64,000 nt of DNA, taken from assembly GCA_963823665.1 (NCBI GenBank), contig CAWGMQ010000006.1, forward strand, positions 288,001-352,000, in the 5' to 3' direction. Source of the DNA: an uncultured Planctomycetota bacterium. GTDB lineage: Bacteria > Planctomycetota > Planctomycetia > Isosphaerales > Isosphaeraceae. Of the stretch, positions 43,501 to 53,589 are shown piece by piece. Each line of letters begins with the position of its first letter. The stretch's first letter is position 1. The notes under the pieces were generated by a model, which ran no database searches, had not been told where the DNA came from, and saw only the letters and a list, made by a program, of their open reading frames with translations. Made by a program: the position numbers and the translations under genes.

Positions 43501-44008
43501 ACGTGTCGTTCACCACGTTAAGATTCGTTGCTGCCGTCGTGCCGAAATCGACGACAGTGGCGCCTGTAAAACCTGTGCCGGTGATCGTCACGGGAGTGCC
43601 GCCGGCCTCCGTACCGCTGGTGGGGCTCAGGCTGGTGACTGCGGGCGCAGTGACCGCGGTATAGGTGTACTGGTCGGAGGGGTTGGTGGGCGAGGTACCG
43701 GAAGGAGCTGTCACGGTGACGTCGACAGTGCCGATGCCGGCCGAGCTGTCCACGGTAAGCGATGTATCACTGAGCACATCGAGATGTGTTCCCGCCGTCG
43801 TGCCGAAATCGACGACGGTGGCGCCGGTGAAGCCGGTGCCGGAAACCGTCACCGCAGTGCCGCCAGCCTCGGTCCCGCTGGTGGGACTCAGGCCGGTCAC
43901 CACCGGTGTGAGCAGACTTCTGGACTCCATCCTTTCGATCAGAGGCTGACGTGATTTCGAGCGCCTCAGTGTGCCGTTTCGTTGGGGACGCGCGGGGCTC
44001 GTGAGCAT
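40574..44008 (-). CDS. Surface protein with 10 tandem IPT/TIG domains
   Basis: IERMESRSLL motif. Ten ~87-aa repeats P.V..LSPTSG..AGGT.VTITGTGFTGAT.VDFG, then an Ig-like domain and a basic coiled-coil tail. Confidence 0.9.
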   Translation of the reverse strand: MLTSPARPQRNGTLRRSKSRQPLIERMESRSLLTPVVTGLSPTSGTEAGGTAVTVSGTGFTGATVVDFGTTAGTHLDVLSDTSLTVDSSAGIGTVDVTVTAPSGTSPTNPSDQYTYTAVTAPAVTSLSPTSGTEAGGTPVTITGTGFTGATVVDFGTTAATNLNVVNDTSIIVDSPAGTGTENVTVTTPAGTSPTSASDQFTYTAVTAPAVSSLSPTSGTAAGGTPVTITGTGFTGATVVDFGTTAATNLVVANDTSITVDSPAGTGTVDVTVTTPAGTSPTSSADLFTYTAVTAPAVSGLSPTSGPAAGGTAVTITGTGFTGATVVDFGTTAATGLVVVNDTEITANSPAGTGTVDVTVTTPAGTSATSPADQFTYTAAAPAVTSLSPTSGTAAGGTPVTITGTGFTGATTVDFGTTAGTDLDVVSDTSIIVDSPAGTGTVNVTVTTPAGTSPTTSADQYTYTAVTAPAVTSLSPTSGPAAGGTPVTITGTGFTGATVVDFGTTAATALVVVNDTKITADSPAGTGTVDVTVTTPAGTSATSPADQFTFTAHAAPAVTGLSPTSGTTAGGTPVTISGTGFTGATAVDFGTTAATGVVVVSDTTITANSPAGTGTVDVTVTTPAGTSPTSSADLFTYTAATAPTVTGLTPTSGTTAGGTPVTIIGTGFTGATAVDFGTTAATGVVVVNDTMITASSPAGTGTVDVTVTTPLGTSATSPADQFTYTAATAPTVTGLSPTSGPATGGTSVTITGTGFTGATVVDFGTTAATNLVVVNDTSITATSPAGTGTVDVTVTTPLGTSATSAADQFTFNAVTAPTVTALSPTSGPPSGGTVVTITGTGFTGATAVDFGTTAAQSFTVVSDTSITATSPAGTGVASVTVITPSGTSPTSTADQFTYAAAAPTVVSLMRFGFHMQQTTLVLTFSTALDATPAENLNNYQLVDSTGASIPITSAVYDPTSLTVTLTPSQLLNLQMVYQLTVIGTTPGGLTSATGVALDGAGNGTPGTNYVNMFSGEILAGAATELQTTSPKLFAAEQRELARKEKLFHAETKKAGVELKKLAAAEKKMAARQKRIAAETAKSAAKTRAVKVRSSSAVKTSTAAASSQVVTALSPSAIDALSVSGDLTPLPAPSPVRVGSNHPRG

Positions 44009-44624
44009 TGCGATTGCCTCCAAAGCTGGCTGTTCGAGCACTGTGGAATCGGAGCTCGGGATCGCTCGAAGCCCGCATCGCCGGACGTGACTGACGAGTG
44101 ACGACTCGGACCGATGCGCTTCAAAATAACCCCGAACGCGGTGAAGACTTAAGAACGCAACCCTACTAGCACTTTACGTGCCTGTTATAGGGCCGGACGC
44201 CCCGGATCAAGTTATCGTAGAGTAACGAAAACGTTCAATCCGGAACGTAACGCGAGCCCGTCAACTTAGCCAGTGCGAACGCGAATGTAAATAGTCTAGT
44301 CAAACTGGAGTGTTTGCAGTGTTTGACATGGGTTTAACGACTTCGGTGGTCGCCCGGGTGGGGATCGTTGAAGTTTCGTAGGATGGGTGCAATCCACGAG
44401 ACGCAAAGCATTACGAAGAGGCGGGTTGCATCTACGTTGTGAGCGCGTCGATTGTGGTGCGGCCCCGGCCGGCGCTGGGGGCTCGAGTCGATTCACGCGG
44501 CAGGCGAAGTGGAGCGGGGTCTGACCGTCGCCGGCCCGGGTGTGCACGCTTTGAGGATGACACTCGCTGAGCTGCTTCGTCGAGACTTAACTGCGGGCCC
44601 AGCCGGTTTCCAACACGACGTTCA

Positions 44625-44692
44625 TGGGAGACGCGCCGGACTCAGAATCCTGGCCTCGCAAGAGCGTGTGGGTTCAAGTTCCACCTTCGGTA
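44625..44692 (+). pseudogene. Degenerate 3' fragment of tRNA-Leu(CAG), att-like scar
   Basis: TGGGAGACGCG-CCGGA-CTCAGAA-TCCTG, long variable arm, GTGGG-TTCAAGT-TCCAC, CTTCGGTA. No 5' acceptor strand upstream. Confidence 0.7.
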
Positions 44693-44981
44693 CTCATTGC
44701 AACGCGCGACGTGCAGAATGGGACGGACACTGCGCGGCGACGGGTGAAACTTCCCCCGCAACAGGCCCCCGCCCCGATCACATTGGAGTTATCATCTCGC
44801 ACTGTGCGTTAATCGCTGCGCACAGCAGGAAACCAGACGCCGCTTTCGATAATCGTAGCGAGCGCCGCCTGCGCGGACGAATTACCAGAAACCGCTACCA
44901 AGCTCTGGAAACAGGAACGGCCAGCGGGCGTTCGCCCCCTGGCCGTTCCACTTGAACATGGGTCGCCGACACCGCGCTCCC

Positions 44982-47074
44982 TCAATCGACGTACCAGACA
45001 TGGAATCGGATGTGCACGATGCCCGGCACGCGCAAGGCATTCACGTCAATCTTGACCCGGTTCGGAGGTAGGATCGTCAGATTGAACAGGCCGAGCCTTC
45101 TGCCGACCTCGTAGGGATTGTTAACGGCCTCCCACTGGACCGCCCGCACTTCTTTCCCGAACTGCTGCGGGAAAACGTGGGAAGTCGTTGTCGGCCCGAT
45201 GCGGATTGCATACGGATAATCGGCTTCAATTCCGAATGTCGCATCGAAGCTGGTGACCTTCAGCGCGTTGTCCTTGAGCGCCTTGATGTCGCCAACAAAA
45301 CCGGAGAGCTTCCCCTCGAAGGCAACGAGTTTCTTCTCGCCCTTCTCGAGACGACCATTCGCGGCAGCGAGGTCGTTCGTGTGTGCATCACTGACCTTGC
45401 GGAGTTGGGCGATCTTACGAGCCTGCCGTTCAACGGTTTCGGTCAGCGCGTTATTCTTGGTTTGCAGCTCCTGGAGATGTTTGGTGATCGCGAGGAAGTC
45501 CTCGTGCGGACGGGTGCGCAGCGGCAGCTCAGAAACGGAGACGTGGTCTTCGACGTCGCCGATCTCCACCCAAGAAACGACGGCCCTGGTCAGGGCACCG
45601 ATTCCACGCTCGTCGATGCGGTAGACTTGCAGGGTCTTGGCCAGGCCGTTTCCTGTCTCGAAGACGCCCTTACGCTGGTAGTGCAGTTTGGCCGCGGCCT
45701 CCGTCAGGCGATCGGAATCGTTGAGGAAATATTCACGGCTCTCGCTGAATCTCTTCCATTCTACGTCCGAGAGCTGGTCCGTCTCCTTGTTAAGTGAAAG
45801 GGAGAGGCTACCGCCGAAGATCCCGAAACTGGCGCTCGTCTTCCCTCGACCATTAAACTTTTCGCGAAGCTCGTGGTGTGCCTTACGGTCATCTTTGTGC
45901 TCGCGGAACACGTCCTGGATCGCGCGCAATGCTTCCTTCGCCTTGTGGAAATTCTCCTCGTCCTTCACTTCCTCGAAAAGCTGGTCGCGCGTCAGGATCG
46001 GCAAGGCCTCAACCTTTCCGTTCGCGACCGTAAAGACCTTGTCGCCCGCGGACCTGTCGAGCAGGTCGATCAGGTCATGCGCCGGGAGCTGGAGCTGTCC
46101 GAAAGAACCCAATGCCTGCTGATTCATCTTCTCCCGGATAGCCTCCAACTTCATTGGGTCGAGGTCGTTGCTCTCGAAGTAATGGACCATAGCCTGGGCA
46201 AGCCGGGTCATGATGTCACCGAGTACGGCTCGATCAACCCAGAGTTCGGAAGGAGCGTGCCCGGGGTCCGAGGGCTGGACGATTTCCTTGACAACCTCCC
46301 AGGCGCGACCTGTCATGGCCGTGACCGCGTGATAGAATGTGACCCGCTCGAACTCGTAGATGCAACGGACCTGGAGCATGGCATATTCGGGCTCACGCTC
46401 GAGCAGCCGACGCAGGCCGACCATCGTTTCAGGGACCTGGAAGACGATGCTCTTGTGATTTGTCGGAGCGATCGTGCCGTTCGGACCTCCGGTTTCCCCC
46501 GACGTGAGCTCCTGGTCCGGCCCGGCACCGCGAAGGATAATCTCGTAGGATCTCATGGCCATCGGCTCGAGATGAACGAAGTCGGCGCCCAGCTCTTTTT
46601 TGAGTTCCTCCTGTTTGGCCTTGAGGATCGTCACCGGCAAGGTGAAGTCCAGGACCGAGCGGAATTCGCGGGACTCCGGATTGTAGCTATGGGAAACGAC
46701 GCGAATCGGCAGCTCGTACTCGTAAAACTTACGAGGCGCTGATCCCTCGTCGTCGAGGAGCGGGCCGTAAATCGGCACGGGGCGCCCATCGAAGAACATC
46801 GTTTCGGTGTGCCTGACTGAGGGCTTGCCCGCGCGCCCTTCGCGGCACCAGGCCGCGGCTTCGCGACGCCAGGATAGGACGCCCTTCCAGGCTCGACCGC
46901 CGCAGCATTTGGAGTCGGTGTGGCGGCCTCTGCCTTCGGCAACGTCTCCGCCGCCGAAGCGTGCCAAGCCAAAAGACGCAGGCCAGCCACTCCCGTCACG
47001 GCCAACCCGATCGCCGCGAGCGCGATCGCCAGCGGCAACCGCCGGGATTTCAACATTCTACAATTCCTCACCAT
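44982..47074 (-). CDS. Secreted or membrane-anchored hypothetical protein with coiled coil (frameshift near 46808)
   Basis: Hydrophobic leader RRLPLAIALAAIGLAVTGVAG in ORF 46631..47074 joins the long ORF 44982..46967. Heptad-rich segment near the C-terminus. Confidence 0.6.
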
Positions 47075-47145
47075 GGGTGTGACCTCTTTGGGTAAGCTAT
47101 CGAACCGTGGGCATGCCTCGAGAGCCGAGGCATGCCCACATCGAT

Positions 47146-47526
47146 TCAGTTAATGGTGACCTTCACAGCGGTCCCAAGCGGGATGCCGCGGAACCGCACT
47201 TTGACGGTCCCAACGCAATCGCACGTACGGATGACGGTGTAGCGGACCAACCGGTCTTGATGCTGCCGGCCATCTGCGCCGAAGTACAAGACTTCGCCGT
47301 CGATGGAAGAACCTCCGATTGGTGTCGCGGTGATTGTGTAAGTCACCGCACCGGCGTGGGCCCCGACCTGGTACCAGCGTCCGAAGACATTCGGACCAGC
47401 CTGGACGATGTGGTCCTCGGCGTGGGCGGTCGAGACAGGACCGGCCATGCCCGCCAGCAACGTCAGGCACGCCACCAAGGCGGTAATCGAGTGTTTCGGC
47501 GATCGAAACAAGTTCAGCTTCAGCAT
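47146..47526 (-). CDS. Small secreted beta-rich protein
   Basis: Signal peptide ending TAHA|ED; ~90-aa mature domain with a CDC motif; GGGGG RBS. Confidence 0.7.
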   Translation of the reverse strand: MLKLNLFRSPKHSITALVACLTLLAGMAGPVSTAHAEDHIVQAGPNVFGRWYQVGAHAGAVTYTITATPIGGSSIDGEVLYFGADGRQHQDRLVRYTVIRTCDCVGTVKVRFRGIPLGTAVKVTIN

Positions 47527-47599
47527 TCGAGACACCCCCTAAAGAAATTGTCAGCGACCGGGCAGGAACCAGCGTGCGCGTCGGTCGACGTGCGCGCCC

Positions 47600-47791
47600 T
47601 CAGAACTGGTGCCCCAAGCCGCCTTGCGGGCAATGGTGCAGCCCTAAATGTCCAGGATTATCACTGCATTGGAATTGGTGTATCGGGCATCGCGCGACGC
47701 ACCTGCCAATCAGCCAGGCCGCGTGCGCGGTCACACCGAGTGAAAGGCCGAGGAGTGCGAGGATCAGCGTCCGCTTCCACACATACTGCAT
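47600..47791 (-). CDS. Secreted Cys/His-rich mini-peptide
   Basis: AAGGAGGTG RBS at 47796-47804. Signal peptide MQYVWKRTLILALLGLSLGVTAHA, then 39 aa with 4 Cys and 5 His. Confidence 0.7.
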   Translation of the reverse strand: MQYVWKRTLILALLGLSLGVTAHAAWLIGRCVARCPIHQFQCSDNPGHLGLHHCPQGGLGHQF

Positions 47792-48165
47792 CGAACACCT
47801 CCTTCAAGACGAGTTGTTAAAGAGGCGAGGCTCTGCGACCCCGACCACGATGGCCTAGGTCGAGGGCGCGGGCATCCAGTTGCCCGGCGTAGTGAAGACC
47901 CGCTGCCTTCACCTTCCACCTGACCCCCTTCATTTCGATAATCGTTCGGAGGGGACAGACCACGGATCCGACGCCCTCAAAAGGGCAGCGCGCGTCGCGG
48001 ACGTCGCCCGATGATGCCGCCACTCGCGGGGAGGGAGTACACCTCCCTAACGGCGCGGGGGGTCGTTACGATGGAAGGGCGCTAATGTGCACTACAAGTC
48101 TTGGCTACCGGCCGTGACGGCGTTAGGCTGCGCTGCGGCTTTGGGAGTCACGTGGAGATCAGGGG

Positions 48166-48813
48166 ATGAGCGGCGAGCGGACGGTAGACTCCCACGGACC
48201 AAGCGACCGGACGACGGCCCTGATGGGGCTGATCCAGCGGATCAAGCAGGGCGATCAGCAGGCGGTGAACGAGCTGATCGCGCTGGCTTACAATCGCATC
48301 CGCAAGGTTTCGGCCAAGATCCTGCACTCATCGAGCTTCGATGCCGTCACGCCGAAGCTCTACCAGACCGAGGACGTGGCCCAAGAGGCCTCGGTCCGCC
48401 TGATTGCAAGGCTTCGCAAGGTCCCCGTGGAGGACGTCGATCACCTGTTCGGATTGACTGGCATGATCGTCCGGCGCTACCTGCTCGACCTGGTGAGACG
48501 GGGCTCGATTGCCAACCTTAACTCCCAGGACCAAGCGGGTCTGGTTGCCCCTGATGGAGGGGGGACGTCGTCGTTCGAGGGGGCCCAGAAGATGGTTGCC
48601 GTGCTGGAAGGCATCGAGGCGCTCCCGGAGAAGCTGCGTCAAGTCGCCGACCGGATCCTCACCCTTGGCCTGTCTCAGGACGAGATCGCCGAGCAGATGG
48701 GCGTGAAGAGGGAGACGATCAAGAGGCAATGGCAGAGGGCCCGTATCCGTCTGGCGCAAGCCCTCCGGCCGAACTCGACCGGGCCCGAAGCCGGCCCGAC
48801 AGGTACTCCTTGA
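48166..48813 (+). CDS. ECF sigma factor
   Basis: LIQRIKQGDQQAVNELI, YQTEDVAQE, LSQDEIAEQMGVKRETIKRQWQRARIRL. Confidence 0.85.
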   Translation: MSGERTVDSHGPSDRTTALMGLIQRIKQGDQQAVNELIALAYNRIRKVSAKILHSSSFDAVTPKLYQTEDVAQEASVRLIARLRKVPVEDVDHLFGLTGMIVRRYLLDLVRRGSIANLNSQDQAGLVAPDGGGTSSFEGAQKMVAVLEGIEALPEKLRQVADRILTLGLSQDEIAEQMGVKRETIKRQWQRARIRLAQALRPNSTGPEAGPTGTP

Positions 48814-51800
48814 ATGATCGACCACGCGCGGTTGGAAGACCTGCTCGAACGGTGTCTAGAACTCCTCGACGACGGGATCGAACCGACTCGGCATGTGGTC
48901 GACGTAGCGCTCACCCCGGAGGAGTGGGATGAGCTCGCGCCGCGGCTCGCCGCCCTTAGACATGTGAACGACGGAGCGGCGGCACTGAACCCGTTCCACG
49001 CGGGCAACGCGGACAGGCGGCCCGCCCGTCCGGCGGCCCCGGCCTGGCATCAGGGGGACGAGCCGATTAGGGGCTATACCGTCCAGGAAGATGCGCCCAG
49101 GTCCCGTGGTGGCTCGGGGGAAGTTTGGTTGGCGAAGACCTCGGGGGGAGTTCGGGCCGCCCTGAAGCGCGTCCGTCTCGATCCGAACCGCCCCCTGGGA
49201 CAGCGCGAACTCGAGTCGCTCGAGCACGTCGAGACTTTGCGCCACGCCCACCTGCTGCCGATCCTGGCTTGGAAACACGATGGGGACGACGACGGCCGCG
49301 GTGGGGAGCTGGTCATTGCCATGGAGTGGGCCGACGAAGACCTGGAATCATATCGTTTGCGGCATGGCAGGGTTCCGGTCGATGAGCTCCTCAGGTTCAT
49401 GCAGGAAATCGCCGAGGGGCTCGATTATCTGAGGGCGAGCATGTCGGGCTGCGACAAGCGTGGTGTTGGCATCCACGGCGACGTCAAGCCGAGGAACCTG
49501 ATGATGGTCAACAATTCCATCAAGGTGGGGGACTTCGGTCTGGCCAGGGTCGTCACTCGCGGCTCAGCCGAGAGCGGCCCTTCGGCCATGACGCGGCGTT
49601 ACGCGGCCCCGGAGTGGTACCTGGGCCAGGAGTCGCCGCTCGCCGACCAGTACAGCCTGGGTCTCTCTTACTACGAGCTGAGGACAGGCCGTCACCCGTT
49701 CGATGAGTATAATGAGCAGATCCGCGCGGGGCTGATCTGCAGGAGATCCTTCAGGGCGCACGTCCAGACCAATTGCCCTCGCCGAAGGCAGAGGGTCTTT
49801 CCTTGTTGCGGGAGCCCGAGCGCATGGCGCTGGCCCGCGCCCTGGCCACAGGACCGGAAGAGCGTTACGCGACCTGCTGCGATTTTGTCCACGCGCTGCA
49901 AGACGCATGCAAGTCACCTTACGTTGCCCATACCCACACGCAACTGCCCTGCAACCTGCCGCTGGCCTCCATCGGCATGCTCTTCAAAGGGCGGGAGGCA
50001 TTCCTCGGCGAACTGCGAACCAGGTTCGGCACACCTGACGGCCGGGCGACGGCGATCGTGAACCGGCTGGCCGTGCACGGCCTCGGGGGCGTGGGCAAGA
50101 CGCGAACCGCGATCGAGTATGCCTGGCAACATGCCGATGAGTATACGGCCCTGCTGTTCGTTTCCGCTCCCTCCGCCGCCGAGCTCCGCGCCAACCTGGC
50201 CAACCTGGTCGAGGTGCTGGGGACGACTGCCGAAGGGACGTCAGTCGACCACCAACTCGCGGATGTCCTCAACTGGCTCGGCACCCATCCTGGCTGGCTG
50301 CTGATCATAGACAGCGTCGACACCGACGCGGCAGCGAGCGAGACCGAACGGCTGCTGGCGCAGCTCCGTGCTGGGCACGTGCTGATCACCTCGCGGATCG
50401 CCAACTGGAGTGCGGCGGTCGAGCCCTTGGAGCTAGACCTCCTGGCCCCGACCGAGGCGGTGGCCTTCCTGCTGGAGCGGACGCCACACCGCCTCCAGGC
50501 AGCCGACGATGCGGCTCGGGCCGGTGCCATCGCCCGCGAGTTGGACGGGTTGGTCTTGGCGTTGGAGCAGGCTGGGGCTTACATCGACACGCTACGGCTC
50601 TCATTCGCGGAGTATCTCCAGCGCTGGGAGGCCAAGCGGCACGAGGCGCTCAAGTGGCACGACCCGCGGCTGATGCAGTGTCCGGCCAGCGTGGCGGCGA
50701 CCTGGGAGACAACCTTCGCCCAGTTGGCCGAACCGGAGCAACGGCTGCTGGAAGTGCTGGCCTGGCTGGCACCGGAGCCGATCCCGCTCTTTCTCTTCGA
50801 GGCCGCGCCGCTCTTGGCGGCGATCCCCGACCCGCGCCAATCGCTCGCGGGCCTCGCGGGCTACTCCCTGGCACGATTCGATGCGGCGGGCGACGCGGTC
50901 CTGGTCCATCGGCTGGTGCAGGAGATCGGGCGGCGGCGACAGGCCCCAGCCGATCCCAAGGCGGGACTGAGGCTCGCCCTGAACTCAGTGGATGCGGTCG
51001 CGGTAGACAACCCGGAAGACATTCGGACCTGGCCCATCTGGAACCCGCTGGCACCACACGCGGCAGCAGTCACTCGACATGCGGATGCTGTGGGCCTCGT
51101 CGATCCGACCGTGCGGCTCATGATTCTACTGGGCACGTACCTGACTTTTCGCGGGCAGTTCTCCCGAGCAGAGCCACTGTCTCGCCGCGCCCTCGCCATC
51201 GCCGAGGACCGTTACGGCTCCGACCATCACAACGTCGCCGCCGCCCTCAACAACCTGGCGATTTTGCTCCGGGAGACCAACCGGCTGGGCGAGGCCGAGC
51301 CGCTCTGCCGCCGCGCCCTGGCGATTCGGGAGCGAAGTCTCGGCCCCGACCATCCAGCCGTCGCCACCGCTCTCAACAACTTGGCGATTTTGCTCAAGGA
51401 CACCAACCGGCTGGGCGAGGCCGAGCCGCACTTCCGCCGTGCCCTGGCGATTGGGGAGCAAAGCCTTGGCCCCGCCCATCCCGAGGTCGCCCACGCTCTC
51501 AATAGCCTGGCGATTTTGCTCCGGGACACCAACCGGCTGGGCGAGGCCGAGCCGCTCTTCCGCCGCGCCCTGGCGATCGCCGAGCACAGCTATGGCCCCA
51601 ACCATCCTACCGTCGCCATGCAACTCAACAACCTGGCGAATTTGCTTCGGGAAGCGAACCGGCCAGGCGAGGTCGAGCCGCTCCACCGCCGCGCCCTGAC
51701 CATTCTCGAGCACAGCTACGGCCCCGACCATCCAATGGTCGCCAGAGCTCTCAAAAGCCTGGTGAATTTGCTTCGGGAGACCAACCGGCCGGGCGAGGCG

Positions 51801-53072
51801 GAGCCGCTCTGCCGCCGCGCCCTGGCGATCGCCGAGCACAGCTACGGTCCCAACCATCCCGAGGTCGCCAGCGCTCTCAACGACTTGGCGACTTTGCTCC
51901 TGGAGACCAACCGGCCGGGCGAGGCGGAGCCGCTCTACCGACGTGCCATGACCATCGCCCTGGACGAGCCATGGCCCCGCTCATCCCAAGTTCGCCACCG
52001 CTGTCTACAACCTGGGGGCTTTCCTTCAACACACCAACCGGCTGGATGACGTGGAGCTGCTCTACCTCAACGCGCTCGATATCTGGGAGCGAAGTCTCGG
52101 CCCCGACCATCCCAAGGTCGCCACCGCCCTCAACAGCCTTGCGAATTTGCTCGGGGACACCAACCGGCTGAGCGAGGCGGAGCCGCTCTACCGCCGGGCC
52201 CTGGCGATTGCCGAGCACAGCTACGGACCCGACCATTCCGAGGTCGCGATAAAACTCCACAACCTGGCGCTGATGCTCAGGAAGACCAACCGGCTGAGCG
52301 AGGCCGAGCTGCTCTGCCGTCGTGCCCTGGCGATTCGGGAGCAAAGCCTTGGCCCGGACCATCCCGAGGTCGCCGCCTCCCTCAACAGCCTTGCGAATTT
52401 GCTCGGGGACACCAATCGGCCGAGCGAGGCGGAGCCGCTGTACCGCCGCGCCGTGGCGATTGCCGAGCACAGCTACGGCCCCGACCATCCCGAGGTTGCT
52501 TTCCCACTGAACAACCTGGCGCTGCTGCTCCGGCAGACCAACCGGCTGAGCGAGGCCGAGCTGCTCTGCCGCCGTGCCTTGGCGATTCGGGAGCAAAGCC
52601 TTGGCCCGGACCATCCCAAGGTCGCCGCCGCTCTCAGCAACCTGGCGGGGTTGCTGATGGCCACGAACCGGCCGGCCGAGGCCGAGCCACTGTACCGTCG
52701 GTCGCTGGCGATCGACGAGCGGTCCTATGGTCCCGAACACGAGAAAGTCTTCCACGACCTCAACAACCTAGCGGGACTGCTGCGGGAAACCAAGCGGTTG
52801 GCTGAGGCTGAGCCTCTGTATCGGCGGGCATTGGCAATCTGGCGGAGAACCGCCTCGGTCCCGACCAGCCAACCGTGGCCACCTCCCTCAACAACCTAGC
52901 GGGATTGCTGCGGGACACCAACCGGCAGGGCGAGGCCGAGCCGTTGTATCGGCGCCAGATGGAAATCTTCCGCATGTTCACCGAGGCGATCGGCCACGGG
53001 CATCCCCACCACCACGCCTCCATTGGAAACGACATCAGCCTGCTCGATGCCATGGGCCGGACACCCGACTAG
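48814..53072 (+). CDS. Ser/Thr kinase - NB-ARC-like NTPase - TPR array (frameshifts near 49775, 51965-52050, 52850)
   Basis: GGSGEVW, ALKRV, HGDVKPRN, DFG, YAAPE. Walker A VHGLGGVGKT, Walker B WLLIIDSVD, LITSR, LALEQAGAY, VHRLVQ. About 14 repeats of GPDHPxVAxxLNNLA. Confidence 0.82.
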
Positions 53073-53558
53073 ATCGAGCAAGGGGTCCACGAGTTGATCG
53101 GCCCAGCGGATTCTGAGGGCTCCTGACGCCGGAAATCATCGAGCGACGGATGAGAGCGGGCAAGGGCTGCGGCCCCGCGATGGGTCGCTGTCGCGCCGGC
53201 CGGTCCCGACCTTCAGGCCGGACCTCGGGCCTCTGGCAGGGTAGTCAGTCTGCCTTCGGCACCTCGACCTCAATCGTCTCAGCACAATCGCCACGCACCA
53301 GGTTCGCCTCGGGCTTCGCCGAGGCGTTCTGTCGGGGTTACGGGGCAGGTGAACCTGGTTTATCGCCCGGGTCTGCGCTCGCGGTCGATCTCCTCCTCGA
53401 CAGACGGAGCTTGCCCCCTTCCCGTCGTGGTCACTCACGATTCTCGGGCTGGGTCAAGATGACTTCGCCGCATCGTCGGTTTGACGGGATGGAGAGTCCA
53501 CCATCGAGCGAGCCGCTCGGGTTCCGGTCGGACATATCCGCCTGTACGGGCCTTCATT

Positions 53559-53589
53559 TTGGTAACAAATTGGTAACGGCATTGGCAAC
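53559..53589 (+). repeat. Three direct 8-mer repeats, possible integrase arm-type sites
   Basis: TTGGTAAC (53559), TTGGTAAC (53570), TTGGCAAC (53582), ~400 bp from the tRNA fragment. Confidence 0.4.

Noticed and set aside
41300..43910. Regular ~260-bp DNA repeats
   Set aside because: They are the coding IPT/TIG domain repeats, not a CRISPR array or mobile repeat; there are no unique spacers.
44378..44436. GTAGGATGGGTGCAATCCAC ... GGGTTGCATCTAC, possible degenerate REP pair
   Set aside because: The palindrome is imperfect and there is a single occurrence; not supportable without a genome-wide count.
51150..52960. 126-bp periodic repeats
   Set aside because: They encode 42-aa TPR units of the NB-ARC protein.
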